Below are positions 13,256 to 25,851 of a DNA stretch of 64,000 bases, in pieces (position 1 is the first letter of the stretch; each line of letters opens with the position of its first letter). The translations under genes and the position numbers were made by a program. Under the pieces are notes generated by a model that did not search any database, was not told where the DNA came from, and saw only the letters and a program-made list of their open reading frames with translations. Origin of the DNA: Mustelus asterias. Lineage: Eukaryota. The DNA lies in assembly GCF_964213995.1 (NCBI RefSeq), contig NC_135810.1, forward strand, positions 81,034,001-81,098,000, given 5' to 3'.

Positions 13256-14955
13256 TCCAGGGCTATGAGGAATATGTGGAGAGTGGGACTAGCTGAGTTC
13301 TTCTTACAGAGAGCATGATGGACATGATGGTCCAAATGGCCTCCTTCTGTGGTGTAACAGTTCTATAATTCACTTCAAAAGAAACTTGTAGTAATGAAGG
13401 TTCTTTATATTTCAAATTAACTCAGTGGATTAAGAATGTGAAGAGTGATTATGTTATACTGGTGTCTTGGGAAGAAGAAGTATTAAAGCAATACAAAAAT
13501 GAAGTCCTGTTTTCTGCCACACCTGAATTCAGAATCAAACCAAAGAAATTGAAAAGAAAGGTTATTTTGATTATATTGTCAATCTTCACCAAACATACAG
13601 AGGGAAAGAAAATGTGAAACCAAAACAAAAATGCACGGAACATTGAATGAATTACTGAACTTTCTGGGGTTACCATAACATAATGGTTATAGTGCTGGAC
13701 TAATAGTCCAGAGGTCAGTCATGAGCGAGGTGGAATACAATCCACTTGCCTGGATGAGTGCAACTGTGCCCAAGAATCTCAACACCATCTCAGACACCAC
13801 CTGTAAATTCCCGACCAACTTACAAACCAACCTGATTTAGAAATATATAGCAAAGTCCTATTTGCCTTGCTACACTCTCTGCACCGTCATTGGTATACAT
13901 TTCCAGCAAACTTGTACCCAAATAATTTTAAAACCAAAGTGTGCAATTGTAATTCTAACCACGTACACTGTGAGATTCGCCACTCCAGTTAAATCTGGCC
14001 CACTCCTTCCACTGCTACAGCTATGCTGCCTCTCCCTGTCGACGTGAAAAGCAAAATCTCTCATTATAACCGTTTTGCGACATGTTTCTCTCTTGTGTTA
14101 TAATATTACAGCACTATAATTCATACTGCGGTCACTAGGTACATGCCTCAGTGGTACTGACAGTGGTGATGACTGCTGTGGGAATATTTATAAGATTAGC
14201 ACTGATACTCCTGGAACTAAGTTAGGCTAAAGTTAAGAGTGAATGACCATGATAATTTTCCTGTGCACAGCAGGAAATAATAACATTCTATTATCTCTCT
14301 CTGTGCTGAAAGTGTAAGCCTGTCATAGAATTATAGAATCTCATAGTGTACGTGGTTAGACTTACAATATAGTGCAGAAGGAGGCCATTCGGCCCATCAA
14401 GTCTACACCGACCACAATCCCACCCAGTGGTTTTAGCCATCTTATTAGAAATTGTGATCAGGAACTAATTTTCACAATGTTGGTCAAGTCTTTAGCAGGT
14501 TAACTCATGAAGCAGCGGAGCTGAATATTTGTGTGTGATTTAATTATTTTTAGACACGGATGCAATTTTTGGTTGGTGCCATTAAGGTGGACTAGGCTCA
14601 TGTTGGGAAATGGAATTTTTTTGAACTTTATTTTGCAGCCACTGCCTTCACTCACAGGTTGGGTAAAGCATGGACCATGCACTCCTTCGACTCTGCCAAA
14701 GCTAGTTAACTTAATCCCATTTTCAGAATTCCCCATTGTGACAGTTCAATTTCCTCTATCATTGTGGCCACACCCTGATGCCAGAGAATATGGGCAATGT
14801 TGTGTTATATCATGTAAAAAATGGCTGAACTCATTTCATTTGGAGCCCTTACAAATGGTGAAGACAGATTTTTATCACATGCTTTTGGGCCAGATTCAAA
14901 TAAGCCCCAGAGTGATACTGTGTTTCCAATTCTCCTTAGTTACTCTTACCTTTAT

Positions 14956-15275
14956 GGGTGGCATGATGGCACAATGGTTAGCACTGCTGCCTCACAGCGC
15001 CAGGGACCCGGGTTCAATTCCAGCCTTGGGTCACTGTCTGTGCGGAGTCTGCACGTTCTCCCATGTCTGTGCGGATTTCCTCTGGGTGTTCCGGTTTCCT
15101 CCCACACTCCAAAGATGTGCGGGTTAGGTGGATTGGCCGTGCTAAATTGCCCCTTAGTGTCAGGAGGTTTAGCAGGGTAAATACATGGGGTTGCAGGGAT
15201 AGAGCCTGGGTGGGATTGTTTCCCAGCGCAGGCTCGATGGGCCAAATGGTCTCCTTCTGCACTGTAAGGATTCTT
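14956..15275 (+). mobile_element. HE1-type SINE, full length
   Basis: tRNA-like head, conserved core GGAGTCTGCACGTTCTCCC...CCAAAGATGTGCGGGTTAGG and CR1-like tail. Confidence 0.9.
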
Positions 15276-16429
15276 TGATATTATCTCTGTTTTCTTCCCA
15301 ATTTCCTACTTGCAATTCAGTTCTAAGAGCCCGGCAGCATCTGGGTCAACATTTGGACTTCATCAAAAAGCATTTAAAATGTAGTTGTCAAAGATTCTAT
15401 TTATTCAGTTCTAACAGAGAGCTGAGTTTCAGTAACGTTCTTCTAAATCCAGCTGAGATCTAAACTGAGATTAGATGGGAATCCAGGTGTTTCTTATGTG
15501 TCGGTGCAGACTCGATGGGCCAAAGGGCCTCTTCCATACTGTATAATCCTATGAACCTATTATAAAAAAGTATCAGATATGAAGTTGTGTCTGTCAATTT
15601 ACTCCTCAGCCAAGGCCATGTGATCAGCGAGGCGCAGCGGGATTAATAAATCAGAATTTGCCGTTGAACCCATTCATTCTTGTAACAAAATTTAAATCCC
15701 AAACAGCAGATGTCAGCTCTCGGATTCTATTACTGCACAACGAGGTATCAACTCTGTCCTGGAAAAACAAATGAGCAAAACCAAATGAAGCTAAAACCAG
15801 TCAACATGTAAAGGGCAATTTTCGACTTCTGCTGCTCATCTGAAAAAAGGCAAGTGCAAACCAGTTGGTAATCTTGGATGCCACTTTGATGCACTTGGCA
15901 GCCTGATTCCATTTTAAAGCAGACCTTTAAATACCACCAAGAACAAATACCCGGGAAGGCTGTTTATGTCGGAAAATCAGGATTCCATATTCATGGTGTA
16001 AGATGAGATGGACGAGCCACAGCTGTGGAAGAGAAAGCGCAGGGCACACCCGCTCCTGTCCCGCCCCATGATCCCACTGCTATTAATCCACCGACCAGTG
16101 ACTCAGAAGTGTGATTGCTGATAAATGAATCAAAGAGCGTGTGATGTCCAGCAGCGATGGGACTGGGCACTCATCGGAAGTAGGTGCCATTGGGTGATTT
16201 AAAGGACCAAACGCAATGCACCTGAGGGCAATGAAGGAGCTGCGTCAGATAATCTGCTGGCATTGGAGGGACAGCCAGTCGATAGCTCCAATGAGAGGCT
16301 GTTGTCATTTTTGCCACTGCCCTGCTCACCCTGACTGTTTATCCAGGTCTCCCTCCCCAGTTCTGAGTGAAAAATACCAACATCACCATCCTCCTAGAAC
16401 AATGGCTGAGCATGATCATGATTGGCCAT

Positions 16430-16640
16430 ACAGGTTTAACGATTACTCCTTGCATGTCTTCCTCCGGGCAATGTCCAAACGCTGGGAGGTTCTCCTCCCA
16501 CGGCATGGGAAGAGGAGACCTCATCACCAGACTACTTAATCCCGGATGGAGGTGGCCGAGGAGGCCGGGGCGGCATCCAGAGATGAGGCTACAACGCTGC
16601 AAGAAGGTGAATGACCTTCCTTGTGATGCGAGAGTGAACT
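16430..16640 (+). pseudogene. Harbinger Myb/SANT-like protein remnant
   Basis: KRWEVLLPRHGKRRP...WMEVAEE...RCKKVNDL across frameshifts. Confidence 0.55.
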
Positions 16641-17134
16641 CTCGGTGAGGTGCACAGACGGGAGGGTATGCACCGGCTGTGAGTGGGAGGTAGTAGCAGT
16701 AGAGTGAATGACTGGAACCTGTGCAACAAGAATGCCAACTCGAGAGGCCTTGACACAATGTCTGGCTTTCAGGGGCTGATAGGTGAGGGTGGGAAAGACT
16801 GGTTGGCACAAGAGGATGAGGCAACGCAGAGAAGAGAGCTTGTGAGAACCATCCTGAGGGATAAATCCTGATCTGGATTCAACATTGTCCCATTGTCTTC
16901 TCAGGAGAACAGGTCTCCCATCCCATCCGAGAGGATGATAGAGGCATGCCAAACACTGCAGTGCTGATTCCAATGGTGGAGGACATCTTGTAACTGGCCA
17001 TTCACTCAGGGATAAATATGGTTGATGTAGAAAGGTAGAATTAGGACCGGGGTGGCGAATATCCGAGGGTCCCCCATCTCAGTAGGGGTGATGGGGGGAG
17101 GTGAAGAAGTGAGGCTGGGACAGAGGAAGGCTAG

Positions 17135-18200
17135 GTATGGGGTCCCGCAGGGATCTGTGCTAGAACCCCAACTGTTCACATTATATGTTAATTATTTGGA
17201 AGTGGGAACTGAACGTATTATCTCCAAATTTGCAGATGATACAAAGTTGGGTGGGAAGGTGAGCTGTGAGGAGGATGCTGAAATGCTTCAGTGTGATTTG
17301 GATAGGCTGAGTGTGTGGGTATATGCATGACAGATGCAGGATAATGTGGATAAATGCGAAGATATCCACTTTGGTAGCAATAATAGGAAGACAGATTATT
17401 ACTTGAATGGGTGTACGTTGAGAGACGTGGATACTCAATGAGACCTTGGAGTCCTCGTGCATCAGTCGCTGCAAGTAAGCACACAAATACAGCTGGCGGT
17501 AAAGAAGGCAAATGGCATGTTGGCCTTCATAGCGAGAGGATTTGTGTATACGAATAGGGATGTTTTGCTGCAATTGTATAGGGTGTTGGTGAAGCCACAC
17601 CTGGAGTATTGTGTGCAGTTTTGGTGTCCTTATCTGAGGAAGGATGTCCTTGCTATGGAGGGTGTACAGCAAAGGTTTACCTGGCTGATTCCTGGGTTGG
17701 CAGGTCTGTCATATGAGGAGCGACTTAGTCAGTTAGGATTATATTAATGGAGTTTAGAAGAGTGAGAGGGGATCTCATAGAAACTTATAAAATTCTTACA
17801 GGGTTAGACGGTAGAGTCAGAAAGAATGTTCCCATTCTAGGGATCATAGTTTGAGGATAAGGGGTAAATCTTTCAGATCTGAAGTGAGGAGAATTGTTTT
17901 CATCCAGAGGGTGGTGAATATATGGAGTTCACTAAGTCATGATGTAGAGATGCCGGCGTTGGACTGGGGTAAACACAGTAAGAAGTGTTCACAGTAAGAA
18001 GTGGAGTTCACTACCACAGAATGTAGTTGAGGACAAAACATTGTCTCATTTCAAGAAGAAATTAGATATAGCTCTTGGGGCTAAAGGGATTATGGGATAT
18101 GGGGGGATCAAGATATTGAATTCAAGGATCAGCCATGATGAAAATGAATGGTGGAGCAGGCTCGAAGGGCCGAGTGGCCTTCTCCTGCTTTAGTTTCTAT
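17135..18200 (+). mobile_element. CR1-like LINE, RT to 3' tail
   Basis: GVPQGSVLEPQLF...SKFADDTKLGG, LVKPHLEYCVQFW; has stops and a 67-bp Penelope insert at 17935-18001. Confidence 0.9.
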
Positions 18201-18769
18201 TTTTCCGTGTGTGTGCATTCGTGATGTGCATGATTGGTTGAAGGTCTCTGTCTGGGATGCAGGGGTTTTGGCTCACTCTTCATCTGCAGCCTTGAGTGTT
18301 ACTCACCTTTGTGCTTTCTTCAACAATTCAGTCAGTGGTCTTCACACCCGAGGGGTAGGCTTTGACCTCTGAGAAAGAGGAGGGGTCCTCAGAGTGTGCA
18401 CTGTCCCATTCTCTCTCTGCAAATTTCAGAAACACAGACAGTCACACCTCAGTGGGTATACGTCCTTTGGCCCATACGGAAGCAGCAATCGGTTTGAGCA
18501 GCAGCAAACGCCAGGCTAGCTGTCAGAAGTTGTGACAGTCCAGGTCTCTGAAACTCTGAGGAATGTGAGAAACCAGGCTAATGACAAGCTCCTGGAGTTG
18601 TCTGTGAGACATCAGATGCTGGACATCCAGTGGGAGTTGTGTGAAAATCTCAAGGACCCTTGAATCTTCGTGGTATCCACGAACTGTTGATCCTTATGTG
18701 CTTGTCTTCATACAAGTACAGAATTGTTAGAGTGCAGAACAAAGCCATTTGGCCCCTTGTGTCTGCACC

Positions 18770-19005
18770 AGCCTGAACGAGTACGCCACTACAATAACTG
18801 ACCTCATTAGTAAGTCTGTAGAAGATTGTGTGCCAAAGAAGCAAATCCGCGTGTTTCCTCACTGGAAACCATGGATAAACAGGGATATCCATTGCTTGCT
18901 GAAGTCTAGGTCTGAGGCTTTCAAGTCAGGCGACCTATACAAGAAAGCCAGATATGATCTAAGGAGATCCATCAAAGATGCCAAAAGACAGTATCGGACC
19001 AAGTT
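18770..19005 (+). mobile_element. Rex1/Babar-like LINE ORF fragment
   Basis: LNEYATTITDLISKSVEDCVPKKQIRVFPHWKPWIN...YKKARYDLRRSIKDAKRQYR. Confidence 0.65.
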
Positions 19006-20048
19006 GTATCTCTCCTTGACCTTAGTTTATGGATGACGGAGTGGGGTCATGAGCCAACTCATGCTTAACAAATCTAGAAAACTAGTACAATCGAAAAGAT
19101 AAAGCCTGTACTTTTGGCATAATTGTACTTTCAGAAAGCTTTTGATAAAGTCCCACATAAGGGCAAAATTAAAGCACATGGGATTGACGGTAATATATAG
19201 ACATGGATCGGGAATTGATTGACAGGCAGGAGAGTGGGAATAAATGGGTCTTTTTCTAATTAGCAAGCAGTGGCGAGTGGAGTAGCACAGAGATCACTAC
19301 TTGGGCCCCAGCTGTTCACAATATATATAAATGACCTGGATGAGGCAGCCAAATGTAACATTTACAAGTTTGCTGATGACACAAAACTGGGTGGAATTTT
19401 GAGTTGTGAGGAGAATGCACAGTGGTTTCAAGGTAATTTAGACAAGTTGAGTGAGTGGGCAAACACATGGCAGGTGCAGTACTATGTGGCTAAATGTGAA
19501 GTTGTACACTTTGGTGTGAAAAACAGAAAGGAAGAGTATTATTTAAATGCTGATATATTGGGAAGTGTGGATGTACAAAGGAATTTGGGTGTCTTTGTAG
19601 ACCAGTCAATGAACGTGGAGAAGCAAGTAGAGCAAGAAATTGGGAAGGCAAATGATATGTTGACCTTCATTGCTGGAGGATTTGAGTTCAGAAGTGGGGA
19701 TGTCTTCCTGCAGTTACAGTAAGAAGTTTAACAACACCAGGTTAAAGTCCAACTGGGTGAGACCACACCTGGCGTACTGCATGGAGTTTTGGGCTCCCTA
19801 TCTAAGAAAGGATATAGTTGCCATAGTGGGAGTGCAGCAGAGGTTCACTTGGCTGATACTGGGGTTGAGGGACTGTCCTATGAGAGATTGGTTCAACTGG
19901 GCCTGTATTCATTAGAATTCAGAGGATGAGAGGAGATCTGATTGAAACGTATAAAATTTGTACAGGACTGAACAGACTAGATGCAGGGAGGATGTTTTCC
20001 CTGGTTGGGGAATCTAAAACCAGGGGACACAATCTCAGGATACGGAAT

Positions 20049-20346
20049 TGTGGTGAACCAAAGATGGTTACCACTATGGGTACTGAACCATAGATGGTTT
20101 GCACTATGGGTACTTGTACATATGTTACTGTTGTCACTGTTGGGGTTAGGGTTGGGGTGTTCTACCTGTTGGTGTTGTTCTGTGGTACACTCCGCCTACC
20201 TGTAGGAGTATAAAGGTCACTGCACTGCCTGGTGACCCTTTAGTCTGGGATTGTATTGTTAAGCAGTATGCTCCATTCTTGTTACTAATAAAAGCCTTTA
20301 TTTCCCGGGTACGATCCAGCCTCCCGAGTGATTTAATCGCGCATCA
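20049..20346 (+). repeat. 5' LTR (298 bp)
   Basis: Matches the 3' LTR except for 4 substitutions and a 10-bp gap; TATAAA at 20209, AATAAA at 20287. Confidence 0.95.
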
Positions 20347-20387
20347 ATTTTATTAGTAACAATTTTGGTTGAAAAGGAAAAAAAAAC

Positions 20388-22735
20388 ATGGAGCAAATGT
20401 TAAAACCCGATCGGCTTACCTTAGATCCGCGTGCAGCTGGAGCGTCGAACACTTTCGACCATTGGTTGAAGTGTTTCCAAGATTATATCAACGCCTCAAC
20501 AGCCATTCAAAACGACGCCGATAGATTGCGGGTCCTCCACGCAAGGGTAAGCGACACTGTGTCTGCAACAATCCGCGATGCCCAAGACTACAAAGGGGCC
20601 ATCGAACTACTTAAGAAACTATACAACAAACCGCCAAACGAGATTCATGCTCGGCACCTATTAGCCACTCGACGGCGGCAGCCCGGCGAAACGACAGGAC
20701 AGTACCTGCGCGAACTTCAGCAGCTAGCCAGAGCCTGCAATTGCAAGCCAGTGTCAGCGACCCAGTATACTAACGATTTGATCGAGATGCGTTCGTGGCG
20801 GGAATTGGCTCATCTTATATTCGCCTGCGGCTGCTAGAGCAAGGTAACTTAGACCTAGGTAAGACGGTGGAATTGGCTGATGCGATGGAAACGGCCTCCA
20901 GAAGTCTTGAAACTTACCCCACCGACCACGTGGGAACATCGTGGCAAGTACAGCCACCGACTCAACTCTACCCAGAGGCTCCTAGGAACTGCGCGATCGT
21001 GCTTTCAACCTCAGACCTGACGGCGGCGGCAGCTCCAGGTGGCCCGCGGTGCTATTTCTGTGGATTGGCAAAGCACCCTCGTCAGCGATGTCCGGCCAGA
21101 ACGGTATTTTGCTCCGCGTGTGGGAAGAAAGGGCACTATGCTAAAGTGTGCCGAGCGAAACCACCTTCGAAGGCAAGCAGTGCGGCGTGTGACTCTCCAG
21201 GATCTGTCTCCTCGTCTCCGGCTTCGTCGAGGTCTTCCACCACGTGCGATTCACGAGCGCCGCCATTCCTGAGGACGACGACGCAAGACACGTGCGACCT
21301 GCGAGTGCCGCCACTTTCAACGCCATCGACCATGTGCGATCCATGGGCGCAGCCATTTTGGTCGACACCGACCGCAGACGACCAGCAGGGGTCATCACCA
21401 TCGACCATCTCAGCTGCCTGCAGTTGCACTCAAGATTCAACGGTGGCATCAATCATCCTGGACCAGGCCAAGCCTCACAGACTCGACAAGTCCGTGATGG
21501 ACATAGTGGTAAACGGACGCCTGATACATTGTCTGTTTGACAGCGGGAGCACGGAGAGTTTCATTCATCCTGACACCGTGAAACGGTGTGGTCTCCGAGT
21601 ACAGACTGTCAGACAGACAATTTCTATGGCGTCGAGGTCCCGATCTGTTACCGTTCTTGGGAGCTGCGTGGTAAACCTAACGGTGCGGGGCACAGTTTAT
21701 GAGAACTTCAGGCTCCTCGTGTTACCGCACCTTTGCGCTCCGATACTCCTGGGACTAGACTTTATGGTCCACCTGAGGAGTGTGACCCTGCAGTACGATG
21801 GGCCACTCCCTCCACTTTCAGTGGGAGAACAGCAGCCTCCAAATTGCCCAGCGCGCTCCACGTGCAGTCTCTCGACACTCAGAATCACCCCGCCATCTTT
21901 ATTTGAGAATCTCGTGCCAGGCTGCAAGCCCATCGCAACTAAGAGCTGGCGTTACAGCGCTGAGGATCAGATCTTTATTCGATCTGAGGTTCAGCGGCTC
22001 CTCAGGGAAGGGATCATTCAACCTAGCACTAGCCCATGGAGAGCACAAGTCGTGGTGGTTAAAACTGGAGCCAAGCCCCGGATGGTCATAGACTATAGTC
22101 AGACTATTAATAGGTACACGCAGCTGGACGTGTACCCTCTCCCGCGCATATCTGACATGGTCAATCAGATTGCGCAGTACCGGGTGTTCTCCACCATCGA
22201 CTTGAAGTCAGCCTATCACCAGCTCCCCATTCGCCCAGAGGACCGAAGATATACGGCCTTTGAGGCAGATGGCCGTCTCTACCACTTCTTAAGGGTCCCC
22301 TTTGGCGTCACGAATGGGGTCTCGGTCTTCCAGCGTGCAATGGACCGAATGGTGGACCAAAACGGGCTACGGGCTACCTTCCCGTACCTGGACAACGTCA
22401 CTATCTGCGGCCATGACCAGCAGGACCACGATGCCAACCTCCTAAAGTTTTTACGCCCTGTGTCTCGCCTGAATCTGACCTATAACAGGGAGAAGTGTGA
22501 ATTCAGCAAGCGCCGCCTAGCAATTCTCGGATACGTGGTGGAAAACGGGGTCCTTGACCCTGATCCAGACCGTATGCGCCCCCTCCTTGAACTTCCCCTA
22601 CCCACTAGCATCAAAGCACTGAGAAGATGCTTAGGCTTCTTTTCGTATTACGCACAGTGGGTTCCCAATTATGCGGACAAAGCCCGTCCGCTCATAAAGT
22701 CTACCTCTTTTCCCCGGCAGCAGAGGCTCGCTTAG
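20388..22735 (+). pseudogene. Gypsy gag-pol, part 1 (gag with two CCHC knuckles, aspartic protease, RT), frameshifted near 20785
   Basis: CYFCGLAKHPRQRC / CSACGKKGHYAKVC, LFDSGS, IDLKSAYHQ, PFGVTNG, YLDN. Confidence 0.92.
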
Positions 22736-24384
22736 CCTTTGAAGGGATAAAAGCTGACATCGCGAAAGCCACGATGCACGCTGTCGATGAGTCCATCCCC
22801 TTCCAGGTGGAGAGTGATGCATCTGATTTCGCCCTGGCCGCCACACTTAACCAGGCGGGCAGGCCCGTCGCCTTTTTCTCTCGCACCCTCCAAGGCCCTG
22901 AAATTCGGCACTCCGCTGTGGAAAAAGAGGCTCAGGCCATTGTGGAGGCCATCCGGCATTGGCGCCATTACTTGGCTAGAAAACGATTCACCCTGCTCAC
23001 GGACCAGCGGTCCGTGGCCTTCATGTTCAACAACACGTTAAGGGGTAAGATCAAAAATGATAAAATCTTGAGGTGGAGAATCGAACTCTCCACCTCCAAC
23101 TATGATATCATGTACCGTCCGGGGAAGATCAATGAGCCCTCAGATGCCCTGTCGCGTGGAACATGTGCCAGTGTGCAGGAGGACCGGCTACAGGCCCTCC
23201 ACAATGATCTCTGCCATCTGGGGATCACTCGGCTCTTCCATTTTGTAAAGGCCCGGAATCTACCCTACTCCGTAGAGGATGTCAGGTCGATAACTCGAAG
23301 CTGCCAGGTATGTGCTGAATGCAAGCCGCACTTCTTCCGACCTGACAGGGCACACCTCATTAAAGCCACTCACCCTTTTGAAAGACTGAGTGTTGATTTC
23401 AAGGGCCCCCTTCCTTCAACAGATCGGAACGTGTACTTCCTCAACGTGGTTGACGAGTACTCACGTTTCCCTTTTGCCATTCCCTGTTCAGACATGACCG
23501 CTGCCACGGTTATCAAAGCATTGCGGGATCTTTTCACCCTGTTTGGTTACCCCAGTTATATCCACAGTGATAGGGGTTCGTCGTTTATGAGTGACGACTT
23601 GAGGCAATACCTGCTCTCAAAAGGGATTGCCTCAATTAGGACTACGAGTTACAACCCCAGGGGTAACGGGCAGGTCGAAAGAGAAAACACTACAGTCTGG
23701 AAGGCTGTCTTACTGGCGTTGAGGTCTAAGGGTCTTCCAGTCTCCCATTGGCAAGAGGTACTTTCTGATGTGCTCCATTCAATCCGATCCCTCCTGTGTA
23801 CGGCAACGAATGCTACCCCACATGAGCGGATGTTTACCTTCCCTAGGAAGTCTTCCTCTGGGACCACACTGCCGCCTTGGTTGATGTACTCAGGACCTGT
23901 CCTCCTGCGGCAGCATGTTAGGACCCGCAAGTCCGACCCTTTCGTTGAACAGGTCCATCTCCTCCACGCCAACCCTCAATATGCCTATGTAGCATATCCT
24001 GACGGGCGAGAGGACACGGTCTCTATTCGAGATCTGGTGCCTGCAGGGGACCTGGAAACCCCCGTCGCTCCCGCACCCCTGGTTAGGGACCCCTTGCCCT
24101 TTATCTCCCCTCCTGACACGGCGCGGGCAGTATCGGGACCACCACTTAATCCTCTTACTCCCATGTACAGCTTGCCTGAGTCCAGGAGATTGTCGCCACC
24201 TTGGGGCGTTCCTGAGTCTAGGAGATTGTCGCCACCTCGTGGTCCACCCGTCCGTGAGGAACTGGAGGAGTCACTGGACACCGCCTTGGAGAGAGGGTCA
24301 TCACGGTCACCAGAACCGGCGCTACCGCCAGTGTTGAGGAGGTCGCAGAGACGGTGCGGCCCTCCGATACGACTGAACTTGTGA
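22627..24384 (+). pseudogene. Gypsy pol, part 2 (RNase H, integrase), after a frameshift near 22715
   Basis: ESDASD, EKEAQA, LTDQ (RNase H); H..H..C..C, SVDFKGP, HSDRG, GQVER (integrase DDE). Confidence 0.92.
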
Positions 24385-24447
24385 ATATATGGACAGTTCG
24401 TACTGTTTTTTTTGCCCCACCGGCCTTTGTTTTAAAGGAGGGGTGAA

Positions 24448-24755
24448 TGTGGTGAACCATAGATGGTTACCACTATGGGTACTGAACCATAGATGGTTAG
24501 CACTATGGGTACTTGTACATATGTTACTGTTGTCACTGTTGGGGTTAGGGTTGGGGTGGTCTACCTGTTGGTATTGTTCTGTGGTACACTCCGGTTGGCT
24601 CCGCCTACCTGTAGGAGTATAAAGGTCACTGCACTGCCTGGTGACCCTTTAGTCTGGGATTGTATTGTTAAGCAGTATGCTCCATTCTTGTTACTAATAA
24701 AAGCCTTTATTTCCCGGGTACGATCCAGCCTCCCGAGTGATTTAATCGCGCATCA
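24448..24755 (+). repeat. 3' LTR (308 bp)
   Basis: Direct repeat of 20049-20346, preceded by the PPT. Confidence 0.95.
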
Positions 24756-25039
24756 GGAATAGACCATTTAGGACTAAGATGAGGCAACATTTCTTCACTC
24801 AAAGGGTGGTGAACCTATGGAATTCTCTACCACAGAAGGGTGTGGAGGCCAAGTCACTGAATGTATTCAAGAAAGAGATAGATCATTTTTGAGATTTTAA
24901 TGGCAACAAGGGGTATGGTGAGAAAAGGGGAATATGGCATTGGGATTGAGGATCAGCAGTGATCATATTGAATTGTGGGGTAGGCTTGAAGGGCTGAATG
25001 GCTGATTCCTGCTCCTGGTTTCTATGTTTCAAGGGGAAT

Positions 25040-25450
25040 CCCTTGTCTACGTCAGCCTTGATTATATTCAGTGAGCCAGCCTCCACTGCTCGCTGTGGAA
25101 GAGAATTCCAAAGACTAACAACCTTCTGAGAGAAGAAATTCCTCCTTATCTTTGTATTAAATAAAAGACCTCTTATTTTTAAACTGTGTCCTCTAGTTAT
25201 AGATTCCCCCACAGGTGGAAGCATCCCTTCAGCATCTATCCTGACGAGCCTCCACAGAATCTTATATAATTTCACTCAGGTCAACTCACATTCTTTCCAA
25301 ACTCCAGTAAGGCCCAACCTGCTCAATCTTTCTTCATAAGTCAACCTCTTCATCCCAGGAATTAGTCGAACACAGTATTCCAGGTGTGGTCTGACCAATG
25401 CACTGGACAGTTGTAGCAAGACTTCCCTACTTTTATACTTCATTCCTCTA
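25040..25450 (-). mobile_element. CR1-like LINE fragment
   Basis: ORF 24883-25275: TRGHSLKIRG..RRNFFSQKVVSLWNSLP. Confidence 0.8.
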
Positions 25451-25522
25451 GTAAAATGAATATATTCTAGCCCCTCCGAACATGGTTCTGTATGTTTTAC
25501 AATTCAGTTAAACATTCACGTC

Positions 25523-25842
25523 ACGGCGGCACAGTGGTTAGCACTGCTGTCTCACAGTGCCAGGGGTCTGGGTTCGATTCCTGGCTTGGGTCACTGTCTG
25601 TGTGGAGTTTGTACGTTCTCCCCGTGTCTGTGTGGGTTTCCTCTGGGTGATCTGGTTTCCTCCCAACAGTCCAAAGATGTGATTGTTCGGTAGATTGGCC
25701 ATGCAAAATTGCCCCTTAGTGTCAGGGAGATTAGCAGGGTAAAATATGTGGGCATACACGGATAGGGCCTGGCTGGGACAATTGTCGGTGTAGACTCGAT
25801 GGGCCAAGTGGCCTATTTCTTCACTGTAAGGATTCTATGATT
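25523..25842 (+). mobile_element. HE1-type SINE
   Basis: Head, core and tail match the other copies. Confidence 0.9.
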
Positions 25843-25851
25843 CATCTTTAC

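Larger units (their letters stand above)
20049..24755 (+). mobile_element. Full-length Gypsy/Ty3 LTR retrotransposon (Mag-like gag)
   Basis: TG...CA LTRs at 20049-20346 and 24448-24755; 5-bp TSD GGAAT (20044-48, 24756-60); PPT AAAGGAGGGGTGAA; domain order gag-PR-RT-RH-IN. Confidence 0.97.
19060..25030 (+). mobile_element. CR1-like LINE hosting the Gypsy insertion (pieces 19060-20048 and 24756-25030)
   Basis: ORF 19270-19722 (YKFADDTKLGG); the CR1 reading continues across the GGAAT duplication. Confidence 0.85.

Noticed and set aside
14531-15278. Overlapping ORFs such as MAQWLALLPHSARDPGSIP as real proteins
   Set aside because: They are translations of HE1 SINE sequence and recur at every copy
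15600-15760. Minus-strand exon after TTTGTTTTTCCAG
   Set aside because: All three frames hit stops before the next donor, and there is no supporting homology
20770-22735. Programmed ribosomal frameshifts in the Gypsy element
   Set aside because: The breaks fall inside gag (at an IRDAFVAG-like motif) and between RT and RNase H, not at a gag-pol boundary; single-base deletions explain them
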